Virus record (IMG/VR): IMGVR_UViG_3300028840_006308
Span: 1 to 59,782 of that record
Origin: a virus
Lineage: Duplodnaviria; Caudoviricetes
Reading direction: 5' to 3' (one strand)
Length of the DNA stretch: 59,782 nt
Under the pieces are notes generated by a model. It had not been told where the DNA came from and made no database searches. It worked only from the letters and a program-made list of their open reading frames with translations. A program made the position numbers and the translations under genes. Positions 51,025 through 59,553 of this stretch are shown piece after piece; positions within the stretch are counted from its first letter, which is position 1; each line of letters begins with the position of its first letter.

Positions 51025-53423
51025 CACTTGCCCTCCTTGAAGGCCGCCGCGGCCATCTCGCTGATGCACTTGGCGCATACCTGACAGGGCATCAGGTTGC
51101 CCTTCTTGTATACGCGCGAGGCTGTCACGCTCACCTGGTATACCACGCCCTTACGGCGGATTTTCTTGGAGACGATGGGATGATGATAGGTGTTCTTGCG
51201 AATCTTGGCTCCGCACTCGTCGCAAATGATCATCCGGCCGTCCCCTCCAGGAATCCCAGCGTCTTCTCCACGCTGGTGCGGATGTAGGTATCGGGCACGA
51301 CCATCCCCATCTCGCCGTAGTGCTCCAGGATGGCCGTCACGATGAACTCGACCATCAGGTCGCGGTCGTGGCCTCCGGGGATGCGAACCCGCGTTCCGTA
51401 GATGGCCCTCATGTTGCGGTCGAAAGCCGCGCGGTCCTGCACCGGCCGGGGGTCGGATCCCTTGCCCGCCTCGCTAGCCCCCATGGATGCTCTCCTCGTC
51501 ATGCCGGTCCTCGGATGCCGCCCTCCGCAGGCGCAGGCGGTACTTCATGACCTCCTCCTCCGGGATCCCTATCAGGGCGGGGTTGAAGAAGCGGGCCTGG
51601 CCGCACTGCTTGCAGGTGATCACGATGTATATGGCGATGCGGTCCTTCACCTCGTATGGGAAGACCCCCGCCTGTATCATTGGCGCGTCCGGGTCTACCC
51701 GGTAGTCCAGGGCTCCGCACAGGCACGGCGGGGGAGCCTTCTTGTTGAACGCCCGTTGTATCTGGTACTCGATCATGTTACTTGCCCGCCAGGGCTCCCG
51801 TTACGTCGATGGGCTTCTTGAAGTTGGGCTCCCAATAGAACATGCCTTTGAGCATCTGATCTATTTGATGCTGGAGGCCCATCAGTTTCTCGTCGTCCAG
51901 TTGATCGGAAAGCCCCTCCCCACCGTTATCGTCGATGCGCTCTGCCATTTCGGTGTGCAGGTCGAAGTCGGGCGACTCCACATCGCATCCGTAGACGCGG
52001 GGCAACTGCCCCTCGCAGTCCCCATCGGCAATGTCGTCAAGCAGGATGTCCATGTCCTCGTAATACCTGTCGGTGTTCTCGAGGTATACGGGCCCCTTCC
52101 AGTCCTCCGGACGCATCTTCTCGAGGGCCTGCCACTTCTCGATCTTCTCCTTCGTGAAGTAGCACATCGAACAGAGCCCTTCGCGGACCGCGGGCGCCGT
52201 CCAGGGCGGATTGGCGTCGAGCTTGCCGCAAGCCTTGCAGGTGTACTCACGCTCGCGGCAGCACATCTCCGCCTCGCTCTCGAAGAGATGGACCTTGGCG
52301 CAGTTCGCGCAAGACCACGCTTTCCTCTCGGTAGCCTTCATATATCTTCTCCTATCAGCAATCTCGTCTTGTTGGGTTCCCGCGTCAGGAAACCCCTCGG
52401 GCACTCGGAGGATATCCGCCAGCAACGGCGGCAAGCCTCATCGCACTCTTTGCGGGTTTCATAGACCTCGGCCTTATCCTCCTTGAGGTCCGTCATGAAG
52501 CACGGATGGGTCCAGACCGTCAGCACGTTATCGAATCCTCCGCTTTGCGCGCTTCTTTGCCCGCTCGCGCTTCTCCTTCAGCGCCTTGGGCACCTTCCTC
52601 CGCTTGATGGTCCTGCACGCCATGTGTTACCTCCCTACTTGATCGCGTCCTTGTAGCTGTCGCAGACGAAGGCCAGGCGAAAGGCAACGTTCCGAGCCCG
52701 GCTGCGTTTCACGCCCCCGCCGTAGGCCAGCGACGGGAGAAATTCCTCGCCATCGGCCGCAGTGCACGTCGCGTATCGGTCGCACGCCTTCCACGGACAC
52801 TTGTCGCGCGGGCGGAAGGTAATGAGGGCCTGGCCGCTGTCCGGCCTGCCGTCCTTACGGTCCTCGGTTGATGCTCTTTGCTTACTCATCGCCATCCTCC
52901 GGAATGATGCTCTGTATCTTTCCCCCGCAGTCGCACTGCATAACGTGCTCCAGCGCCTCCTCGGCGGTAAAGAACCGCTCGCAGTCGCTGCATCCGAATG
53001 TGGTCTTGGGCCGCAGGGGGCACGGCTCCACGTCCACGAGCATGCCGCGCGCGTGCAACCCCACCAACAACCCCACCTGGGCGTTTACCGCCACGCACCG
53101 GCCCTCCTGGGTTTCGATGAGATCGGCGGCACCGTGCTTGTAGAGGTTCATGGTGCCCTCGACCCCGTCATCACCGGTATCGGTAACGAGGTCGGCGTAC
53201 TGGTGCATCCAGGCGGGCATCTCCCACTGGCTTTTCATCGGTCACCTCGCGGAGGGCGTTCGGACTCGCGCACGACGACCGGGTCCTTGCCCTCGCCGTG
53301 CTTGGTGATGGTTACGCGCAGGGTGCCGCAGAGCTTGCACCAGTAGGCGGACACGGTCTCGGGGAATCGCTCCAGCGCCATCACCATCTCGTAATCGTGT
53401 CGTCCCTCGGCGCAGACGCTCAT
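51024..53423 (-). other. Array of short hypothetical, mostly zinc-ribbon ORFs
   Basis: Tiling ORFs with CxxC pairs. Confidence 0.55.
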
Positions 53424-53926
53424 TCCTCCGCCTCCAGGCCCGCACGAATCATCATCCACGCCACTATCTCCTTGGTGCCGCGGACCTGGGCCAGGTTCGC
53501 CAGCAGTTTCTTGCGGGTCTCTCGGATGGTCTTCTCGAGGCGCTCAACCCGACACTCGCGGCAGGGCTTGCCGCGGACCTTGTCGCGGTGGTCTGCGCAG
53601 AATGGCATGCGCGCCATCGCCGAGTCTAGGATGGCCTCTTTCTGCGCGGCATTCGCATCGACGGCATCGTAGGTCTTAGCCTTGATGTTCGGCTTGATGG
53701 GGTACTTCTCGCCCTCTACGCCGGTGACGATGCTGTCTCCCGGGCACACGATGTGATAGCCCTCGAGCGTGGCTACCACTCCATGCAGAGCCAACAGGTT
53801 CTCGCAATGCTCGCACTTGCCGCCGGGGTTATTTCCGTTGTATTTCTCCACCTCGGGAAGGTCCCCGTGCTTCTGCCAGGGATCCGAAATATCGACCACC
53901 ACGGGCTTCTTCCTGTACTTAGCCAT
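53420..53926 (-). CDS. PGDYG-like conserved phage protein with C-terminal extension
   Basis: KYRKKPVVV...TLEG...PGDSIVTGVEGEKYPIKP...TYD. Confidence 0.7.
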   Translation of the reverse strand: MAKYRKKPVVVDISDPWQKHGDLPEVEKYNGNNPGGKCEHCENLLALHGVVATLEGYHIVCPGDSIVTGVEGEKYPIKPNIKAKTYDAVDANAAQKEAILDSAMARMPFCADHRDKVRGKPCRECRVERLEKTIRETRKKLLANLAQVRGTKEIVAWMMIRAGLEAEE

Positions 53927-54351
53927 CAGCTGAAGTCTCCTTCGAGTAGGTCCCACGTGCCCTCTCCGGCACCGACGCGACCCCAGTGGTCATGCGCGCG
54001 GCGCAGGAGGCCGTTGGGCCCCGGCTCGGTTCTATTCTCCCGGTGGAACTCCTTCCACGAGCCATACATGGTCGGGGGCTCGTCCTTGGGCCAGTCCCCG
54101 AACTCCCTAACGGTGATGACGCGCTCCATCTCGACGGGACTGAGAGCGGTCTCATACTCGTCCACTATCCTCACGCCGGGCTTGGCCCATTCGGCCTGCC
54201 AGTCCGCCAGGCTGTTGATGTTGCGCTCGGGGTGGACGTGCAGCGCGAAGCACCAGCCCGCGGAACTCTTGCCTATGTGCACCGGCTCGTCCGAGCGCCC
54301 GCAGTGCGGGCAGGGCTCGGTCTCCATGTAATAGTTCGTGCCCATCCCCAA
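53926..54351 (-). CDS. Conserved hypothetical phage protein
   Basis: MGTNYY...HIGKSSAGWCF. Confidence 0.65.
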   Translation of the reverse strand: MGMGTNYYMETEPCPHCGRSDEPVHIGKSSAGWCFALHVHPERNINSLADWQAEWAKPGVRIVDEYETALSPVEMERVITVREFGDWPKDEPPTMYGSWKEFHRENRTEPGPNGLLRRAHDHWGRVGAGEGTWDLLEGDFS

Positions 54352-54538
54352 CCTCCTGCGCAGGGGGACCGGTGGCCTATTTCCGCACCTCTGGCTCCAG
54401 GCAAGGCGTCCCTGCCCTTTCGGCTGACCACTAACGAGGACTTTACATGGTCATTCAGCGGATCACCGGGGCCTACGGTCCCCGACCGGGTCCGACACGC
54501 TACGTCTGTCGGCACCGCACCGGCCCCCCTACTGCAGA

Positions 54539-55006
54539 TCATCCACCATCTCCTCTGTCCGGGGTGGGCTCGGTGTTTTTCTCTACCCATCCCAGGTAAC
54601 AGCGGTTCTCCGGACCGTCCTGCGGGCCCATCCAGGGGCGCAGGTCCATGCGCTCGACCTTCGGGTCCCACATGAAGGTATGCATGATGCCGTTCTGTTG
54701 CTTGTCGCCCACGGCCTCGAACTTGAGGCCCTTGTTCCTGGCCATGTCGCGCATCCAGTCCAACAGGTCCGCGTTGGGCAGGAGCTTGGGGTCGGCCACC
54801 ACCTTGCACATGACCTGGCTAAGGCGACGGCGAATCTCGTTTACCCGCGCGAGCGCGTACTCCTTCGGGTGCTGTTTCTTGAGGAAGTCCAGCTGTGCCC
54901 GCTCGTGCGGCGACAGCGTCTTCTCCGCCTTGTCCCACAGGTCGGCGAGGTCGCGCGGACGATTGGCGGGGTCGTTCTGGTCGCCGGGTAGGATGATCTT
55001 GCCCAT
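54539..55006 (-). CDS. Hypothetical protein
   Basis: Tiling ORF. Confidence 0.6.
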   Translation of the reverse strand: MGKIILPGDQNDPANRPRDLADLWDKAEKTLSPHERAQLDFLKKQHPKEYALARVNEIRRRLSQVMCKVVADPKLLPNADLLDWMRDMARNKGLKFEAVGDKQQNGIMHTFMWDPKVERMDLRPWMGPQDGPENRCYLGWVEKNTEPTPDRGDGG

Positions 55007-55404
55007 CAGCCCTGTCCCCAGCTCTCGCGGTCCGAGTCCTTCTGGCCTTTGGCCATGCCCTTGGCGAGTGCCTCGCCCAGGGCCGCGGTCTTGGCCTTTT
55101 CCTCCTCCAGCATGGCCTGCTTTTCCTCGTCGGTCAGCTCGCGAGGCGGCGCGAAGGAGGTCATGGGCGGAAGCGCATCGATGACGGCATCCAGCACCTC
55201 TTCGCCGGTGTGGGCCACCTCGACGGACGGCTTGTGATCAGCGCCGAAGACCTGGCTTGCCAAGCCCACGAAGCAACAGCCCGGACGGTTGAGGGAGTCC
55301 TTAACCGCCATCACGGTCTGGGGCAGAATGTAGGCATAAGCCTTCGCATCCTCTTTGGAGCCTGCGCGCAACATCTTGAGCCACGATCCCTTCGTCTCGA
55401 TCAT
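55006..55404 (-). CDS. Hypothetical protein
   Basis: Tiling ORF. Confidence 0.6.
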   Translation of the reverse strand: MIETKGSWLKMLRAGSKEDAKAYAYILPQTVMAVKDSLNRPGCCFVGLASQVFGADHKPSVEVAHTGEEVLDAVIDALPPMTSFAPPRELTDEEKQAMLEEEKAKTAALGEALAKGMAKGQKDSDRESWGQG

Positions 55405-55409
55405 CTCGT

Positions 55410-55775
55410 CTACTCCTCGCTCTTGCCTTCGACCCCGCGCTCGATGCGCTTCGCCGTGCGCCGGTTCAGGGCCTCAAGGGCTTTGCTGAGGTGGTCGATG
55501 GCCTCCTGGTTCTCCTCGCAGGGAAACTCGCCCCCCTGGAAGCACTGCAGGCGGTCCAGGACCACCGCGATAAGATCCTCGTTCTGGGCGCCGTTGACGC
55601 CGCCCTCTCCTATGGGGCCGCTCTGAAAGTTGATGTCGGCAAAGAGTCGTGGCGCCTGGCGCTCTACCGATGGCACGTCCACCACCATGTAGTGGTGGAA
55701 GGCACCTCCGGCGCCCTTCTCGTCGACGGTCATTACTCGGGTATGCTGTCCGGTAGTTACGTTGCGCTCGGGCAT
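55410..55775 (-). CDS. tad1: Tad1-family anti-defence nucleotide sponge
   Basis: GAGGAFHHY...INFQSGP...GV...DLIAVVLDRLQCFQGGEF..EENQEAIDHL..AL..LNRR...RIERGVEG matches the Tad1 signature. Confidence 0.85.
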   Translation of the reverse strand: MPERNVTTGQHTRVMTVDEKGAGGAFHHYMVVDVPSVERQAPRLFADINFQSGPIGEGGVNGAQNEDLIAVVLDRLQCFQGGEFPCEENQEAIDHLSKALEALNRRTAKRIERGVEGKSEE

Positions 55776-56324
55776 CTACTCGTTCTCCTTGTCAATGCGC
55801 CATGTGGCCTCGCGCACGTAGGAGTCAAAATCCTCCGCGGCGTATGGGCCGAGGTACTCGTTTACGATGTCGCGCGTGCCACCCACGTCGATGTCGGTGT
55901 GCATGAGCAGGAACATTAAGTCCTCCTCGTCCTTGTGCCTGCGGGCGGCGAGCTTCATGGCGGCAAGATGCTCGGGCTGGACCACGTTGTAGGTCTCACC
56001 TTCCACGGGGACCGCCATCCGAACGGCCTCCTGGTAGAGCTCCTCGTAGGCGTCGTCGCGGACGACCCAACACACTCGCGCTCCGTTTCCCGCGCGAAGC
56101 ACGTTGCCACCAAACGACAGCGTGCCCTCGTATTCGTAATCGGGCAGCTCCTCGAGCGCCGCGATGTCTACGTCGGCGGTAAAGCGGATCGAGCCGTAGA
56201 GGCGCATGGCGAACCCGCCTATGACCGCCGCGGGGATGTTTTCCTCCCGGGCTATCTCGGCCATCTCGGTTGCCGCGGCCTCCATCTCCTCGGGGCTCAG
56301 AACCTTTGCGCGCTTGGGGGTCAT
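55776..56324 (-). CDS. Nucleotidyltransferase (Pol-beta superfamily, AbiEii/DUF6036-like)
   Basis: IGGFAM...RFTADVD...LAAMKL..RHKDEED. Confidence 0.8.
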   Translation of the reverse strand: MTPKRAKVLSPEEMEAAATEMAEIAREENIPAAVIGGFAMRLYGSIRFTADVDIAALEELPDYEYEGTLSFGGNVLRAGNGARVCWVVRDDAYEELYQEAVRMAVPVEGETYNVVQPEHLAAMKLAARRHKDEEDLMFLLMHTDIDVGGTRDIVNEYLGPYAAEDFDSYVREATWRIDKENE

Positions 56325-56340
56325 TCGCTTTCTCCTGTCA

Positions 56341-56693
56341 TGGTGGAGGCGGGGGGAATCGAACCCCCGTCCCAGCCTGTAGTCCGGTGCGCGTCTACGT
56401 GTGTAGTCAGAGATTCATTCTCGCCCGTCGTGATCCTGCTCCCTGCTGGCTCGGCTATGGGCACAGCCCCACATTTGCGGGACCAGTCAGCGGTCTTTCC
56501 GTCGCCGTCAGCCACAGTGCGGCGCCCGTCCCGAAGTCGTGGCCCCCTATCGGGCGGACGGATGGCTAAGCAGCCATCTTGAGCGGTGTGCGCTCGGCAG
56601 TTCTTTTTGCAATCGGCTTTTAACGAGGCCTGCCGATCAACCTCGACACGCGGCAACACCATCCCATCAAGCGGTCGAAACCATTTCGCCCCC
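56341..56693 (-). ncRNA. ssrA: tmRNA, 353 nt; tag (A)AERTPLKMAA
   Basis: 5' GGGGGCG...TTCGAC; 3' GGTTCGATTCC...CGCCTCCACCA with G3-U70; tag reading frame 56598-56566. Confidence 0.93.
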
Positions 56694-56700
56694 ATGCTGT

Positions 56701-56733
56701 GGGGGACCGGCGGCAACCCGCAACCGGTCCCCC
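56701..56733 (-). promoter_or_regulatory. Hairpin immediately 5' of the tmRNA
   Basis: GGGGGACCGG (56701-10)/CCGGTCCCCC (56724-33). Confidence 0.5.
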
Positions 56734-56760
56734 GGCTCAGGGCCTTCTGGCGGAGGCCCC

Positions 56761-57660
56761 TCATTCCTTGTCTCCGGATAGAGAGGAGGTCCCGGCATCG
56801 CCGCGCGCCGGTGTAACGGGTCCGCACGGGACCTCGCTCTCGGTTTCTCCGAACAACGTATCCTGCCCCTGTTCCACGTCTTCCAAAGAGCAGCCTAACT
56901 TCGCGGCTTGGATCCTATCGTTGGCCACGCGCACCCAGTGGGGCTCGAGCTCGAAGCCCAGGAAGCGCCGCCCCATCGATACGCACGCCACGCCTACGGG
57001 CGAGCTTCCACAGAAGGGGTCGAGCACCAGCTCTCCCGGCTTGGTGTGGAGCTCGAGGAAGTGCTTTATCAGCTCCACCGGTTTGGGCGTGGGGTGCTCC
57101 TTGGCCTTGGGGATGACCTTCGGGACGCGGACCACGTTCGCCGTCTTCTTATCGCCCCGAACCCGGGCCCACAGTAGTTTTCCGGTCCGGCGCTTGGCTA
57201 TCATGACGAACTCGTAGTTGCGGCGATAGCGCAGGCCCAGGCCCAGGCCCATCTTGTCCCACACCACCGCGTGGAAGAACTCCAGCGGGGGCTCGTCCAT
57301 CATGAGCGCGACCTTGGCGAAGAGGGGCTTCGGACCACCGCCTCCGCAGCAACAGCAACACACGCAGCACTCTTTATCGAGCACCCGACCGGCCTCCACG
57401 AGCATCTTGCGGGTGATGGCCATGGCGTCGGCCTCGCCGTCGTTCGCCACGGTCTCGACCGGTTTCTCTATGTGGCGGCGCTTGCGACCCGAGAATATCT
57501 GGTCCAGGGAGCTGTTCATGTCCCCGTCGTTGTAGTCCACGCCGTAGGGCGGGTCGGTCCAAATCATGGGCACCGAGCCCGCGGGCAGTTCCTTCATGAG
57601 CTCGACGCAGTCGCCCTGGTAGACGTGGTCGAGCTCGTAGGGCCCGAGCTTGTCAGGCAT
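56761..57660 (-). CDS. N6A/N4C DNA methyltransferase (beta class)
   Basis: TDPPY precedes HPTPKP and DPFCGS; poly-Cys insert. Confidence 0.9.
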   Translation of the reverse strand: MPDKLGPYELDHVYQGDCVELMKELPAGSVPMIWTDPPYGVDYNDGDMNSSLDQIFSGRKRRHIEKPVETVANDGEADAMAITRKMLVEAGRVLDKECCVCCCCCGGGGPKPLFAKVALMMDEPPLEFFHAVVWDKMGLGLGLRYRRNYEFVMIAKRRTGKLLWARVRGDKKTANVVRVPKVIPKAKEHPTPKPVELIKHFLELHTKPGELVLDPFCGSSPVGVACVSMGRRFLGFELEPHWVRVANDRIQAAKLGCSLEDVEQGQDTLFGETESEVPCGPVTPARGDAGTSSLSGDKE

Positions 57661-57985
57661 CCGGGTCCTCCGCGTAGTCGATGCGCTTGTTAAGCAGGCG
57701 CCCCCGATTGATCTCCTCGCGGACACCACGCGAGTGGTTCCAGTCTTCGAGCTTCAGGACCAAGACGCTATCGGCACGGACGAGGTGCGCGAGGCAGAAG
57801 GGCTCCCAGAAAGACCAGGAGCCAGGCAAGTCGCAGAGCTGGGCTATCGGGTGGTAATGGACAATGGGACTAAAAGCCACCACGCCCCGCGTAACGAGGT
57901 CCCCGCAGAAGCGGGCGACCGCCTCGAAGCGCGCCTGGCGGACCTGCGAGCTCGCGTGGGTGTAGGGGGAGGCTATGTAGATCAC
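57653..57985 (-). CDS. DUF1937/nucleoside deoxyribosyltransferase-like protein
   Basis: IYIASPY...FSPIVHYH...WNHSRGVREEI. Confidence 0.75.
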   Translation of the reverse strand: MIYIASPYTHASSQVRQARFEAVARFCGDLVTRGVVAFSPIVHYHPIAQLCDLPGSWSFWEPFCLAHLVRADSVLVLKLEDWNHSRGVREEINRGRLLNKRIDYAEDPDA

Positions 57986-58317
57986 TTGGCCCTCGCGGTG
58001 TAGATTCCGGGTGCCTCGCGCACGAAACGCGAGTCGTCTCCCTTGGCTTTGATCTCGCGGTTGATCGCCGAGCGGATGGTGGCCTCGGGGGTCTTGCCCT
58101 TCAGGGGCCAGGTGCCCCACTCCTTGGCAACCTCGATCATGGCCTTCACCGTCATAGGGCATCCCGCCTGGGACAGAACGCTGTAGGCCGCGTCGAGTCC
58201 GCTGAGCCTTTTCGGTTTCTCTGCGGTCACGCTCTTCTCCTCGCTCTCCCCCGCCGGTTTCGTCTTGCGCTTCATGCGCCGCCAGTTGGGATCGCCCTTG
58301 GCGAGTTGCTTAGCCAC
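57982..58317 (-). CDS. HARE-HTH-type winged-helix protein
   Basis: LSGLDAAYSVL...GKTPEATIRSAINREI..KG..SRF. Confidence 0.8.
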   Translation of the reverse strand: MAKQLAKGDPNWRRMKRKTKPAGESEEKSVTAEKPKRLSGLDAAYSVLSQAGCPMTVKAMIEVAKEWGTWPLKGKTPEATIRSAINREIKAKGDDSRFVREAPGIYTARAK

Positions 58318-58519
58318 GGTAGTCCTCCGAGCACTCGGGGCAGACGATAAGTCCGTCGCCAAACGTCCAGTCGTTGGCTCCCAGCTCGTCCTCGATTGCC
58401 GCGTTCACCTCCGCGCTCGTCTGCAATCCGGTCACGTTGACCTCGATAACGAGGCCGCAGTCTTCGCACGGAATTTTCAGGACGTCCTCGAGCTCTTTCG
58501 ACTTCGGATAGGGCGTCAT
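58310..58519 (-). CDS. Small zinc-ribbon protein
   Basis: CEDC...CPEC; RBS AAAGGAGG. Confidence 0.6.
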   Translation of the reverse strand: MTPYPKSKELEDVLKIPCEDCGLVIEVNVTGLQTSAEVNAAIEDELGANDWTFGDGLIVCPECSEDYRG

Positions 58520-58541
58520 TTCCGGCCTCCTTTCAACGGCC

Positions 58542-58569
58542 ATAATAGCGCGCTGAAATCGGAGCGCAA
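58542..58569 (-). promoter_or_regulatory. Possible sigma70-type promoter
   Basis: TTGCGC-16 nt-TATTAT. Confidence 0.45.
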
Positions 58570-58649
58570 GGGAAATTGTCTAGAAATTCGCGGACTTTGT
58601 TTTCCGGCCCCATTTTCGGGCCCCGGAATGCGCCCCTCAAGCGAGACCA

Positions 58650-58673
58650 AAACGGGACCCTAAACGGGACCCT
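58650..58673. repeat. Tandem 12-bp repeat in the longest non-coding gap
   Basis: AAACGGGACCCT twice. Confidence 0.8.
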
Positions 58674-58887
58674 GAAATGCCGATTTCCGAAAATCGCCAC
58701 TATTCCCATTTAAAGCCCCGTGGCGCGTTTCCGGCGTATAGGGATAGCGGGTCGGAAAAAAGTCGGCACCTACCCCCCCTTTTTAGGCCAGCAATGGCCA
58801 ATTTTCGGCGCCGAGGCTCGCCGAATTGCAAATTTCTTGAAATCTGGGCATTTCGGGGAGGGAGGCAGGGCGAGTAGGGGAGGGGGG

Positions 58888-59553
58888 TCAGAAGGGCGCA
58901 TCTTTGGGCTCCTCGTCGGCGTTGAAAACCGACTCCTCGTCGAGCTCGCCGAAGGCCACCGGATCGCCTTCTTCCCGGGCCGGAAGAGGGGCGCGCCTGG
59001 GCGGAGTCGATATACTTTTCTGGTTATGCTTACGGACCTGCTTTTCGAGGTGGTTATCGACCGCGAAGGGAGAGCAGGGCTCGCCTCGTTTTTGGAGCTC
59101 GGCGATGACGCTCTTGCGCCACTCTCGAGCTCGAATGCGCTTGTCCTCTCCGGAACCCTTTGCCATCGCCTCACCCTTCGGGCAGAGGCAGGGCAGGCGA
59201 TACACGCGGCAGTGGCCCGGCCCAATCCCGAGCTGCCAGGAGGCTTGCGATGAGACCCGCGACCAGGCTGCCGCGAAAGTTCCAACGCCTCCGCAAAAGC
59301 CGCATCCACCCGGACGCTCGCGTTGCTCGGTCTCGCCGGTGATGGCGCTATACGCCCTGCGAAAGTCCTCGAGGCGCGGTTTTCCCCGGGCGTCTACCCG
59401 GGCGTCGACCACCACGGCTACCAGGGGCTCGACCTGCTCGGGGCGCAGGCGGTCGAGAAACTTTCTCCAGACCGCCGCCTGCTTGGGGTCCTCCGCAGGA
59501 AAGGGACCGAAGTTCGCCTCGTAGAGCGTGAGAAATTTCTGGCGGAGGCTCAA
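58888..59553 (-). CDS. Putative helicase-loader-like protein with zinc finger
   Basis: Coupled to the initiator stop; helical N-domain ending KPRLEDF; CGFC...CLC. Function inferred from position. Confidence 0.5.
   Translation of the reverse strand: MSLRQKFLTLYEANFGPFPAEDPKQAAVWRKFLDRLRPEQVEPLVAVVVDARVDARGKPRLEDFRRAYSAITGETEQRERPGGCGFCGGVGTFAAAWSRVSSQASWQLGIGPGHCRVYRLPCLCPKGEAMAKGSGEDKRIRAREWRKSVIAELQKRGEPCSPFAVDNHLEKQVRKHNQKSISTPPRRAPLPAREEGDPVAFGELDEESVFNADEEPKDAPF

Noticed and set aside
54415-54460. Hammerhead-like CTGAATGA...CGAAA on the - strand
   Set aside because: Core spacing and stem II geometry do not fit the hammerhead consensus.
56341-56375. tRNA-like 3' end read as a tRNA or att fragment
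   Set aside because: The matching 5' acceptor strand is 350 nt away with a tag ORF in between, so it is a tmRNA.
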